Assembly: GCA_029962705.1 (NCBI GenBank)
Contig: JARPSE010000001.1
Location: forward strand, 11,415-75,414
Length of the DNA: 64,000 nt
From: Candidatus Planktomarina antarctica
GTDB lineage: Bacteria > Pseudomonadota > Alphaproteobacteria > Rhodobacterales > Rhodobacteraceae
Reading direction: 5' to 3'
Shown here piece by piece: positions 41,608 through 50,129 of the stretch (the first letter of the stretch is position 1; every line of letters begins with the position of its first letter). Under the pieces are notes generated by a model. The model was given only the letters and a program-made list of their open reading frames with translations. It was not told the origin of the DNA and did no database searches. A program made the position numbers and the translations under genes.

Positions 41608-42150
41608 ATGGTTAATTATACAAAATTGGCTTTTGACAATGCCCCTGTTGGATTAGTTATATCTGAAAATCGGATAATAAAATGTTGTAATTCAACATTT
41701 TCATTGATGTTAGGGTATAAACCTGAAGATATTCAAGGGAAATCCTTTCGAATGTTTTATGGTTCAAATGAAGAGTTTGAAAAGATCCGACATGTGGGGA
41801 TCAACGCACTAAAAACTAAAGGTAACTATAGCGATGAACGGCTCCTAAACCATCGTGAGGGCCACAGCGTATGGTGCCGTTTTCGTGCACATTCGTTAAC
41901 ACCAGATCAGCCTTTAGAAAGAATTATTTTGAGCTATGCTCAGATTTCCAACAATACTCAAACAATTACCCTCAGCAAGCGAGAGCGACAAGTTCTAGGT
42001 TTAATGAACCAAGGGATGAGCAGCAAAGAAATAGCAAGAGAATTGGAATTGTCGCCACGCACTATTGATGATGTCCGAGCAAGACTTATCAAGCGCTTTA
42101 AAGTTAAAAGGTGCTCTGACCTGTTAGGCCGGATGACAGAGCTAGGCTAA
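41608..42150 (+). CDS. PAS domain / LuxR-type HTH transcriptional regulator
   Basis: 180 aa. N-terminal PAS-like region (FDNAPVGLVISENRIIKCCNSTFSLMLGYKPEDIQGKSF) plus a C-terminal LuxR/GerE HTH (LSKRERQVLGLMNQGMSSKEIARELELSPRTIDDVRARL). Confidence 0.85.
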   Translation: MVNYTKLAFDNAPVGLVISENRIIKCCNSTFSLMLGYKPEDIQGKSFRMFYGSNEEFEKIRHVGINALKTKGNYSDERLLNHREGHSVWCRFRAHSLTPDQPLERIILSYAQISNNTQTITLSKRERQVLGLMNQGMSSKEIARELELSPRTIDDVRARLIKRFKVKRCSDLLGRMTELG

Positions 42151-42328
42151 CTTTTAATCAGGGCGATCACTCCAGCCAAACGCTGTCACGAATAGGTCAT
42201 AGTAATACTAGCCTGCCTTAAAATAAATGTTACATCCAATAACATTAACTGGGCCACACTCATTATTGGAATTAACGCAGCTTCGGATCACAACGAGCAA
42301 ATATTAGTTTTAACAGATATGCTGGGCC

Positions 42329-42571
42329 TTAACCTAGGCGTCGCACTAAAGTTTGTAAAACGTTACCGATCTTTGAATACTCAAATTGAGAAAACTTCAG
42401 TCGTTTATATAGCCAATGTGCACGATCGCAAATTTTCAATCGAGGATTAAGTATTTCGCAACGCCATGGGCCCTGGTCAAAGCCTTCAATTTTGCCCTCT
42501 TCTAAGCGCCAACCATCTGTGGCACATAGGACTAGGAACAAATAAGCAGTAAACCAGCTGCATGAGGTCAT
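42329..42571 (-). CDS. Hypothetical small protein (80 aa), tentative
   Basis: Internal ATG of ORF 42329..42829 that avoids overlap with the SH3 gene. Hydrophobic N-terminus (MTSCSWFTAYLFLVLCA). No Shine-Dalgarno sequence seen and no family recognised. Confidence 0.25.
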   Translation of the reverse strand: MTSCSWFTAYLFLVLCATDGWRLEEGKIEGFDQGPWRCEILNPRLKICDRAHWLYKRLKFSQFEYSKIGNVLQTLVRRLG

Positions 42572-42584
42572 GGCGGGCTGAGTT

Positions 42585-43094
42585 ATGAAAAAATTAGTGC
42601 TATCTGTGGCCACCTTGGCCCTTTGTTCTCTGCTTATTGCTTGCCAGGCAGTGGCCGAGCAAGCCATACGTGGCGCCGTTACTAATCTACCCATTCCTCG
42701 CTTTGTGTCTTTAAAGGCAAGCAAAGGCAATGTCCGCCGTGGCCCTTCTTTGACCCATCGTATCGATTGGATCCTCAAGCTGCGTAATATGCCGCTACAA
42801 GTGGTGGCCGAACATGGGCATTGGCGCAAAGTACTCGATTTTGAAGGAGCAGGTGGCTGGATACACTATTCACTTCTGTCCGGTACACGCACAGTTATGG
42901 CTCATAAAGATACAGTTGATATCTTAAAACAGCCACGCCTTGACAGTTTGATCAATGCCCGGCTTCACCGCAACGTATTGGCGTGGGTGAACGCCTGTGA
43001 ACCCGAGTGGTGTGAAATCTCAGCCAATGGGTACAAGGGTTGGGCCCAAAAATCCGCTCTTTGGGGTGTTTCCATCGATGAAGTCTTTGAATGA
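42585..43094 (+). CDS. SH3-like domain protein (DUF1058 family), secreted
   Basis: Signal peptide MKKLVLSVATLALCSLLIA, then PIPRFVSLKASKGNVRRGPS...WRKVLDFEGAGGWIH, typical of the alphaproteobacterial DUF1058 family. Confidence 0.8.
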   Translation: MKKLVLSVATLALCSLLIACQAVAEQAIRGAVTNLPIPRFVSLKASKGNVRRGPSLTHRIDWILKLRNMPLQVVAEHGHWRKVLDFEGAGGWIHYSLLSGTRTVMAHKDTVDILKQPRLDSLINARLHRNVLAWVNACEPEWCEISANGYKGWAQKSALWGVSIDEVFE

Positions 43095-43100
43095 ACTGGC

Positions 43101-45110
43101 CTAGAGCCCACGATTTCTCAGTAAAGCCGAGGCATCAGGCATGCGTCCACGAAAAGCCAAATAAAGGGCTTCAGCATCCTCACTGCCGCCTTTTGACAAG
43201 ATTTTATCATGCAAGGCCTGGGCTCGCTTCGGATCAAACGCGCCACCCGCCTCTTCAAATGAAGCAAAGGCGTCTGCATCCATAACCTCAGACCACATAT
43301 AGCTATAATAGGCACTAGAATAGCCATCACCTGAGAAAATATGGGCGAATTGCGGCGTTGCATGCCGCATACTAATGGCCGCGGGCATACCAATCTCTGT
43401 CAAAATCTCCTCCTGTCGACCCATAGGATCAGCCGGCGGTTCGCCTTCGTGAAAGCTGAGATCAACCAAGGCTGAAGCTATATACTCCACAGTTTGAAAG
43501 CCCATATCAAAAGTTGCAGCCCCAAGCATGCGTGACAGCAGATCAGCAGGCATAGCCTCGCCAGTCTCCGCATGTGTTGCAAATTTTTGCAGCACCTCCG
43601 GCACCTCCAGCCAATGTTCATAAAGTTGGCTTGGCAATTCCACAAAGTCACGCGCTACAGTAGTACCTGAAACGGCAGTGTAAGACACATCACTAAGCAT
43701 CTGGTGCAAGGCGTGGCCAAACTCGTGAAACAAGGTCCGCGCATCGTCAAAGGATAAAAGCGCCGACGTATCAGTACCTGGCTTGGCAAAATTACAAACG
43801 TTAATAACAATCGGCGCGAGGATAGTTGGACGTTTGCGTTGACTTTGTAGAGCACTACACCAAGCCCCTGAGCGTTTACCCCCACGGGCGAAGTAGTCAC
43901 CAATAAACAACGCTAAATGTTTGCCATCTCGGGTCACTTCCCAAGCACGTGCATCTGGGTGATACAGCGGCACATCAACCTCGGTAAAAGATAGTCCAAA
44001 CAAGCGACTGGCACAGTCAAACGACGCAGCTATCATCTGATCTAACTGCAGATAAGGTTTCAGCTGCGCCTCATCTAAATCGTGTTCAGCCTGGCGCCGC
44101 TTTTCAGCATAGTAACGCCAATCCCAAGCTTGAAGTGGCCCTTTTACCCCGTCCTCAATCATCATTTGGGTGAGCTTCTCAGCATCCGCATTAGCTTGCG
44201 CCTTAGCTGGCGCCCAAACCTGCATCAGAAGGTCTCGCACCCGATCCGGCGTTTTAGCCATTTCCGTTTCCAGCTTGAACTTTGCAAAACTACTATATCC
44301 CAGCAATTTCACCCGTTCTTGACGCAAGGCTAAAGTTTCCCGTACAATGTTGCGATTATCCGTTTTTCCGCCATTTGCGCCACGAGATGCCCAAGCTTTA
44401 TAGGCAAATTCACGCAGATTCCTGTGACCTGAAAACTGCAAAAACGGTACAATCAACGAACGTGACAGGGTCACAACTGGCCCATCAGAACCTTTTTCAA
44501 GCCCGGCCGCGTGTGCAGCTTGGACTACAAAATCAGGTAGGCCCAACAAATCTGCATCAGCCAAAGGCAAAAACCAATCCCGCTCATCAGCCAAAAGATT
44601 CTGCATGAAATTGGTGCCCAGACTAGCTAACCTAGACTTAATTTCGGCCATACGTTTGGCGTCAGAACAGCTCAATTGTGCGCCAGCCCTTACAAAACCA
44701 CGGCGGGTGAGCATCAATACCCGCTCTTGCTCCACCGACAACTCGATTTCTTCACGCAGAGACCAAAGGGCTTCAATACGTTGAAATAGCTTTTGATTTG
44801 AAGATACCGCAGAAGAATAAGCCGAAAGCTTTGGGGCAAATTCTCGTTGTAGAGATTCACGCTCCACGGTGCTGTCGGATCCAGCAATAGTAAAGAATAC
44901 TGAAGCCACTTGGTCTAGTAATGTCTCAGCCACTTCCTGCGCTTCGATAGTATTTTCAAATGTTGGCACAGCTGGATTGTTCGCAATCTCAGAGATCCCT
45001 GCCAAAGCCACCTCTAACGCCTTATCCATGGCTGGGGCAAACTCCGCATCAGAAATCTTATCAAAGGGCGCGAGGCCAAAGGGGGTCGTCCAGTTATCGA
45101 GCAATATCAT
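43101..45110 (-). CDS. dcp: M3 family metallopeptidase (peptidyl-dipeptidase Dcp / oligopeptidase A-like)
   Basis: 669 aa with the zinc motif HEFGHALH and a downstream E ligand region (FVELPSQLYE). Confidence 0.9.
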   Translation of the reverse strand: MILLDNWTTPFGLAPFDKISDAEFAPAMDKALEVALAGISEIANNPAVPTFENTIEAQEVAETLLDQVASVFFTIAGSDSTVERESLQREFAPKLSAYSSAVSSNQKLFQRIEALWSLREEIELSVEQERVLMLTRRGFVRAGAQLSCSDAKRMAEIKSRLASLGTNFMQNLLADERDWFLPLADADLLGLPDFVVQAAHAAGLEKGSDGPVVTLSRSLIVPFLQFSGHRNLREFAYKAWASRGANGGKTDNRNIVRETLALRQERVKLLGYSSFAKFKLETEMAKTPDRVRDLLMQVWAPAKAQANADAEKLTQMMIEDGVKGPLQAWDWRYYAEKRRQAEHDLDEAQLKPYLQLDQMIAASFDCASRLFGLSFTEVDVPLYHPDARAWEVTRDGKHLALFIGDYFARGGKRSGAWCSALQSQRKRPTILAPIVINVCNFAKPGTDTSALLSFDDARTLFHEFGHALHQMLSDVSYTAVSGTTVARDFVELPSQLYEHWLEVPEVLQKFATHAETGEAMPADLLSRMLGAATFDMGFQTVEYIASALVDLSFHEGEPPADPMGRQEEILTEIGMPAAISMRHATPQFAHIFSGDGYSSAYYSYMWSEVMDADAFASFEEAGGAFDPKRAQALHDKILSKGGSEDAEALYLAFRGRMPDASALLRNRGL

Positions 45111-45129
45111 TTCAAAGCTTTCAATCAGT

Positions 45130-46161
45130 CTAGGAAGGGTGACAAATCGGACAATCTGCCCGTTGTTTCGTTTTGATTACACGAGTTTGGGCATCTAACA
45201 CATTATACATTGCCATCCGCCCCAGCAATGGAGTGCCAGCTCCCAACAAATACTTCAACGCCTCCGCAGCCATAAGGCTGCCAATCACGCCCGGTAGGGC
45301 TGTAAATACCCCAACTTGCGAACAGCTGGGTGCAAGTTCTGGCGCAGGAGCGCTCGGAAATATACATTGATAACAAGGGCCTGATTGCGTTGGATCAAAA
45401 AGTGAAATTTGTCCTTCCCACTGGCTCAACGCGCCACTTACCAGAGGCCGCTTTTGCGCCACACATATTTTATTGATCAAATACCGAGTTTCAAAGTTAT
45501 CTGTGCCATCAAGTATAATATCATACTCCGCAATCAGCTCACCCGCTATCTCAGCGTTGAACCTTTGCTGAAAGGTTTTTATAGTCACATATGGGTTCAA
45601 ATCGCGCAGAGCTTGGGCAGCAGACTGAACCTTTGGTAAACCAATATCTGCATCACGGTGAATAACTTGGCGTTGCAAATTACTGGCGTCAACCACGTCA
45701 TCATCCACAATGCCGATAGTGCCCACACCAGCTGCCGCCAGATATTGCAAGGCTGGTGCGCCGAGCCCTCCAGCCCCAATCACCAGCACCCGAGACTGTC
45801 TAAGTCGCATTTGACCAGAGCCACCAATCTCAGGCATGACAATATGGCGCGCATAACGGTCCAGCTCGGTGTCAGACATTGCATTACTCCGGGACACTCT
45901 TTCCGGTTGGGCTTTGCCACGCAATTTGCGCAGTCCCTGTCTGTAAACTAAAACTACCACCACAAAAGCTGCCAAGAGCGCCCAAACCTGCCAAGATCCA
46001 CCCGTATTCATCCGCAAAGGATGCGCCACTGGTAGGATCAAATGCGACAGAATTACTCCAACAAACACCGCAGAAATCATACCCCAACGTTGTTTTACAG
46101 GCGCGTTCATGGCCCAGCCAATGCTCCAAAGCACCGCACACATCGTTCCAACTAAAATCAT
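45130..46161 (-). CDS. moeB: HesA/MoeB/ThiF family adenylyltransferase with an N-terminal hydrophobic extension
   Basis: Core DRYARHIVMPEIGGSGQ...VLVIGAGGLGAP plus CYQC/CPIC zinc motifs. About 94 extra N-terminal residues contain three hydrophobic segments. The ATG overlaps the dut stop (TAATG). Confidence 0.88.
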   Translation of the reverse strand: MILVGTMCAVLWSIGWAMNAPVKQRWGMISAVFVGVILSHLILPVAHPLRMNTGGSWQVWALLAAFVVVVLVYRQGLRKLRGKAQPERVSRSNAMSDTELDRYARHIVMPEIGGSGQMRLRQSRVLVIGAGGLGAPALQYLAAAGVGTIGIVDDDVVDASNLQRQVIHRDADIGLPKVQSAAQALRDLNPYVTIKTFQQRFNAEIAGELIAEYDIILDGTDNFETRYLINKICVAQKRPLVSGALSQWEGQISLFDPTQSGPCYQCIFPSAPAPELAPSCSQVGVFTALPGVIGSLMAAEALKYLLGAGTPLLGRMAMYNVLDAQTRVIKTKQRADCPICHPS

Positions 46162-46619
46162 TAATTTTGCCCTGTTGAGCCAAACCCACCCTGGCCACGA
46201 TCAGTGTCATCCAATTGCATGACCAATGTGAACTCAGCCTGAACCACTGGGGCTACTACCATCTGGGCAATCCGGTCCCCATGGGAAATTGTGAACACTT
46301 TCGCACCAGTATTTAACAAAATAACACCAAGCGGGCCACGGTAATCACTATCGATGGTCCCTGGAGCGTTAGCAAGTGTAATGCCATATTTTAGCGCCAG
46401 ACCAGACCTGGGCCGAATTTGCACCTCAAACCCAACGGGAATCGCCAATCGCAGGCCTGTGGTGATCAAAGCCCGTGCCCCAGGCTGCATCAAAACATCT
46501 CCTCGATCTAAAAAATTAGATTTAAGGTCAGCCCCAGCCGCACCAGAGGTTCCATAAGTCGGCAGGCCAAGGCTTTGGTCAGCACCCACATCCCACATCA
46601 TCTTTATGCGGTGCCTCAT
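46161..46619 (-). CDS. dut: dUTP diphosphatase
   Basis: 152 aa with GLPTYGTSGAAGADL, GTIDSDYRG and a RGQGGFGSTG C-terminal motif. ATGA overlap with coaBC. Confidence 0.93.
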   Translation of the reverse strand: MRHRIKMMWDVGADQSLGLPTYGTSGAAGADLKSNFLDRGDVLMQPGARALITTGLRLAIPVGFEVQIRPRSGLALKYGITLANAPGTIDSDYRGPLGVILLNTGAKVFTISHGDRIAQMVVAPVVQAEFTLVMQLDDTDRGQGGFGSTGQN

Positions 46620-47806
46620 GATAAGGCGCCTGCAATCCGCTTGGCCAGGCGTCGCGCCACCTCAACTTTAGGCATATCACTCCAAGCCTCAGCACCGTTT
46701 GCGTCAATCACTGTCACAGTATTGTTTAACCCACCCATGATACCCGTCGCGGGGGTCACGTCATTGGCCACAATCCAATCACAGCCCTTCCGCAGCAGCT
46801 TCGCTGTCGCATTCTCAACCACATTACTGGTTTCAGCTGCAAAACCAATGACCAGTTCAGGCCGTTTCTCATGCTGTGCAATCAAAGCTAAAATGTCAGG
46901 GTTCTCTGAAAACTTCAGATCCGGCAGCGCCCCTGAAGCTTGTTTCTTGATCTTTTGTTTCTGCGGTTCATCTACGCGCCAATCTGCCACAGCAGCAGCA
47001 AATATGGCCGCATCTGCGGGCAAAACAGCCTGTACGGCCGTCAGCATTTCATTTGCTGTTTGTACCCGGTGCACCTGAACGCCAGTTGGTGGGGCCACAT
47101 CGGCCGGACCCGTGACAAAACTAACCCGCGCACCCAAATCCCGTAGCGCCTCCGCCAGTGCGGTGCCCTGCGCCCCTGAAGAGCGATTGGCAATATAACG
47201 CACTGGGTCGATCGGCTCATGGGTCGGGCCAGAGGTCACTAAAATATGCCTACCAGACAAAGGACCGGTTTTAAAATACTGCGCTACTGCTTGCAAAATT
47301 TCAGTCACTTCCACCATACGACCCGCGCCAAATTCACCACAGGCCATTTCACCCTCATTCGGGCCAACCATCTGCACGCCATCGGCTTTCAATATCGCCA
47401 AATTACGCTGGGTGGCTGGGTGATCCCACATACGGACATTCATGGAAGGTGCAATCATCACATGAGTATCAGTGGCCAATAAAATCGTGGAGGCCAAATC
47501 ATCAGCAATACCATGTGCCATTTTTGCCATAAGATGCCCCGTAGACGGGGCAACCAGCACTAGATCTGCGGAGCGAGATAACTCAATATGACCCATCTCA
47601 GCCTCATCAGTCAGATCAAATAAATCTGTATAAACTTTAGAGCGTGCAAGGGCTGAAATCGACAATGGTGTTACAAATTGTGCTCCAGACTTTGTCAGCA
47701 CAGGCGTGACCCGTACACCCTCCTGAGTGAGCTTCCGTATTAGATCAGGTGCTTTTACTGCTGCGATACCACCAGCTATGATTAAAAGTATATTTTTTTC
47801 ATTCAT
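46616..47806 (-). CDS. coaBC: Bifunctional phosphopantothenoylcysteine decarboxylase / phosphopantothenate--cysteine ligase
   Basis: 396 aa with an N-terminal flavoprotein domain (ILLIIAGGIAAVKAPDLIRKL) and a C-terminal DFP domain. Confidence 0.95.
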   Translation of the reverse strand: MNEKNILLIIAGGIAAVKAPDLIRKLTQEGVRVTPVLTKSGAQFVTPLSISALARSKVYTDLFDLTDEAEMGHIELSRSADLVLVAPSTGHLMAKMAHGIADDLASTILLATDTHVMIAPSMNVRMWDHPATQRNLAILKADGVQMVGPNEGEMACGEFGAGRMVEVTEILQAVAQYFKTGPLSGRHILVTSGPTHEPIDPVRYIANRSSGAQGTALAEALRDLGARVSFVTGPADVAPPTGVQVHRVQTANEMLTAVQAVLPADAAIFAAAVADWRVDEPQKQKIKKQASGALPDLKFSENPDILALIAQHEKRPELVIGFAAETSNVVENATAKLLRKGCDWIVANDVTPATGIMGGLNNTVTVIDANGAEAWSDMPKVEVARRLAKRIAGALS

Positions 47807-47861
47807 GCACTATAGTTACGCAGCCAGACACTGCTCTGCAAGGCCCAGAAACACCAAGGCA

Positions 47862-48746
47862 TTACTGGAAAAACGCACCCGCCTCGGGGGCTTGATTTTC
47901 CAAGCTCATCCTCATCTTTTTAAAGGCTGCCGCTTCAACTTGTCTAATTCGCTCTTTAGACAGGCCCAATTCTGTACCCAAACTTTCTAAAGTACGTGGC
48001 GCTTCGATCAACTTGCGCTCACGAACGATGTAACGCTCACGATCATTCAAGACGCTCATCGCTTGCGCCAACCAAGTACGTAGCGCCGCTTGGTCATGAT
48101 CGAATTCGACAATTTCATCAGCCTGAGCGCGGTCATCTTTCAGCGCATCAATCCATTCCCGACCTTCATCTTCGGTTGACTGCGTCGCATTGAGAGAAAA
48201 GTCAGAGCCCGAAAGGCGGCCATCCATCATTTCAACGTCATGCAACGGGACACCCAAGTCCTGCGCGATCAATTGCTGTAATTGATGACGGTCTAGCGTT
48301 TGACCAGCATTATTAGCATCGCGTTCAATCCGTGCTTGGATTCTTCGCATGTTAAAAAAAAGTGATTTCTGTGGGCTGGTTGAGCCAGTTCGTACCATGG
48401 ACCAATTGCGCATCACATATTCTTGCACAGAAGCTTTAATCCACCATACTGCATAGGTAGAGAAACGTACTCCGCGATCTGGATCAAATTTTTCAGCCGC
48501 CTTCATCAGTCCCAAGCCTGCCTCTTGGATCAAATCACCCATCGGCGCACCATAGCGTTTAAATTTAGCCGCTTGCGATATGGCCAAACGCATGTAGGCA
48601 TTAATTAAACGGTGCAGACTTTCCTCACACCGATCATCCCGCCAGGCGTAGGCTAGCTTCAACTCAGTTTCAGCGTCCAACATTTCTGCTTTCATCGCTG
48701 TGCGAGGTAAGAAATTATCTGTGCGTCCATCTAAGGGCATAAGCAC
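47862..48746 (-). CDS. rpoH: RNA polymerase sigma-32 (heat-shock) factor
   Basis: Sigma-70 regions 2-4 plus an RpoH-box-like segment (SPQKSLFFNMRR). Confidence 0.93.
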   Translation of the reverse strand: MLMPLDGRTDNFLPRTAMKAEMLDAETELKLAYAWRDDRCEESLHRLINAYMRLAISQAAKFKRYGAPMGDLIQEAGLGLMKAAEKFDPDRGVRFSTYAVWWIKASVQEYVMRNWSMVRTGSTSPQKSLFFNMRRIQARIERDANNAGQTLDRHQLQQLIAQDLGVPLHDVEMMDGRLSGSDFSLNATQSTEDEGREWIDALKDDRAQADEIVEFDHDQAALRTWLAQAMSVLNDRERYIVRERKLIEAPRTLESLGTELGLSKERIRQVEAAAFKKMRMSLENQAPEAGAFFQ

Positions 48747-48829
48747 GCTTTCCAGTAAGGTTAAGATGAAGAACTTGTTACCTACACTATACGGGGCTAA
48801 ATACTGATTGGATCACTTTGGGGGGAACT

Positions 48830-49363
48830 ATGCCTGTACATCACGACATCAAACACCTTCGCTTAGTGCTGGGGGGCGCCAACTCTGGAAAATCGCTGTT
48901 TTCTGAGAACTTGGTACGCCAGTCAGGCAGGCCCCGACGCTACATTGCAACCGCACAGGCTTGGGATGATGAGATGCGAGCCAAGGTTTCAGCACATAAG
49001 GCTCAACGGGGTACCGATTGGATCACACTTGAAGCCCCCCTTGATTTGGTAGGTGCACTTGCATTGGCCAAAACTAATGAAATTGTACTTCTAGACTGCG
49101 TGACACTATGGCTGACCAATATGATGATGGCAGAGCAAGACATCACACAGGCGACTGAATCCCTCTGCACGGCCCTTGGTGAAGCATCATGCCCTGTGGT
49201 GGTGGTCAGCAATGAAGTGGGGCAAGGCATTATACCCAACAATGCAATGGCAAGGGCCTTCATAAATCACCAAGGCAATTTAAACCAAGCTTTGGCTAAC
49301 GTGGCCCAAGAGGTATTTTTTGTGATTGCAGGTTTGCCGCAGCAACTGAAGGGTCACCTATGA
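48830..49363 (+). CDS. cobU: Bifunctional adenosylcobinamide kinase / adenosylcobinamide-phosphate guanylyltransferase
   Basis: P-loop LVLGGANSGKS, YIATAQAWDDEM and VSNEVGQGI motifs. The ATG at 48830 is preferred over the TTG at 48818. Confidence 0.85.
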   Translation: MPVHHDIKHLRLVLGGANSGKSLFSENLVRQSGRPRRYIATAQAWDDEMRAKVSAHKAQRGTDWITLEAPLDLVGALALAKTNEIVLLDCVTLWLTNMMMAEQDITQATESLCTALGEASCPVVVVSNEVGQGIIPNNAMARAFINHQGNLNQALANVAQEVFFVIAGLPQQLKGHL

Positions 49364-49932
49364 CTGATTGGTTTTGGGTCCGGCATGGGCCAACCCATGA
49401 AAAAAACTTTGTTGGCTGGCGAGATGTGCCCGCGGACCTTTCCGATGTGGCATTGATCGATCGCCTAGCCAACTTTCTGCCCAACGAAGCCGTTGTGGTA
49501 TCTTCAGACCTGATCCGTACCGTCACCACAGCCGATGTATTGACCAATGACCGCACAAGGCTGAGCCATGAGCAAGATCTCCGCGAGTTTAACTTTGGCG
49601 ATTGGGATGGCCGGCACTGGGCCGATGTTGCTAAAACCGACCCCCAGCTAAGCCGCGATTACTGGGAAAAACCCGGTGATATTATAGCTCCCAACGGTGA
49701 AAGCTGGAATATGGCCGCCGCGCGTTCTCGCGTTGTGGTGGACCGCTTATGCGCTCAACACAATACCATCATTGCTGTGGCACATTTTGGAATCATTCTC
49801 ACCCAAGTACAAAGAGCACTGAGGGTCAGCGCCTATGAATGCCTCGCCCATAAAATTGACAACTACAGCGTCACGCATCTCCACGAAGATAAAGGGCAGT
49901 GGCAGGTCAAATGTATCAATTTTTTACCGTAG
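49360..49932 (+). CDS. cobC: Histidine phosphatase family protein (alpha-ribazole phosphatase CobC-like)
   Basis: RHG catalytic start (WFWVRHGPT) and a later conserved His (VAHFG). ATGA overlap with cobU supports a cobalamin-salvage role. Confidence 0.72.
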   Translation: MTDWFWVRHGPTHEKNFVGWRDVPADLSDVALIDRLANFLPNEAVVVSSDLIRTVTTADVLTNDRTRLSHEQDLREFNFGDWDGRHWADVAKTDPQLSRDYWEKPGDIIAPNGESWNMAAARSRVVVDRLCAQHNTIIAVAHFGIILTQVQRALRVSAYECLAHKIDNYSVTHLHEDKGQWQVKCINFLP

Positions 49933-50129
49933 CTAATATTGGCTACTTGGTCAGCTTCGATAACGATTATTTTAGTGCACAGAGAAATCCTTAGCTTCGC
50001 GACCTACTGATATCACCACATGATAAAAGCCTCTCAAGCTACCGTGTATCCTGCTCAAAATAATAACATAGTGGGTATTAATGTCACTTAAGCTACCAAT
50101 TTCAGATTTTTCATATTAGAAATCTCAAC

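Noticed and set aside
42329-42829. Full-length 166-aa minus-strand ORF.
   Set aside because: It overlaps 245 nt of the well-supported SH3/DUF1058 gene on the opposite strand, and its N-terminal half is Arg/Cys-rich nonsense. Only the shorter 80-aa version is kept, and only as tentative.
50100-50129. AT-rich hairpin AGATTT-N10-AAATCT just after the TIGR02186 gene stop.
   Set aside because: The 6-bp AT-rich stem is too weak to call as a terminator.
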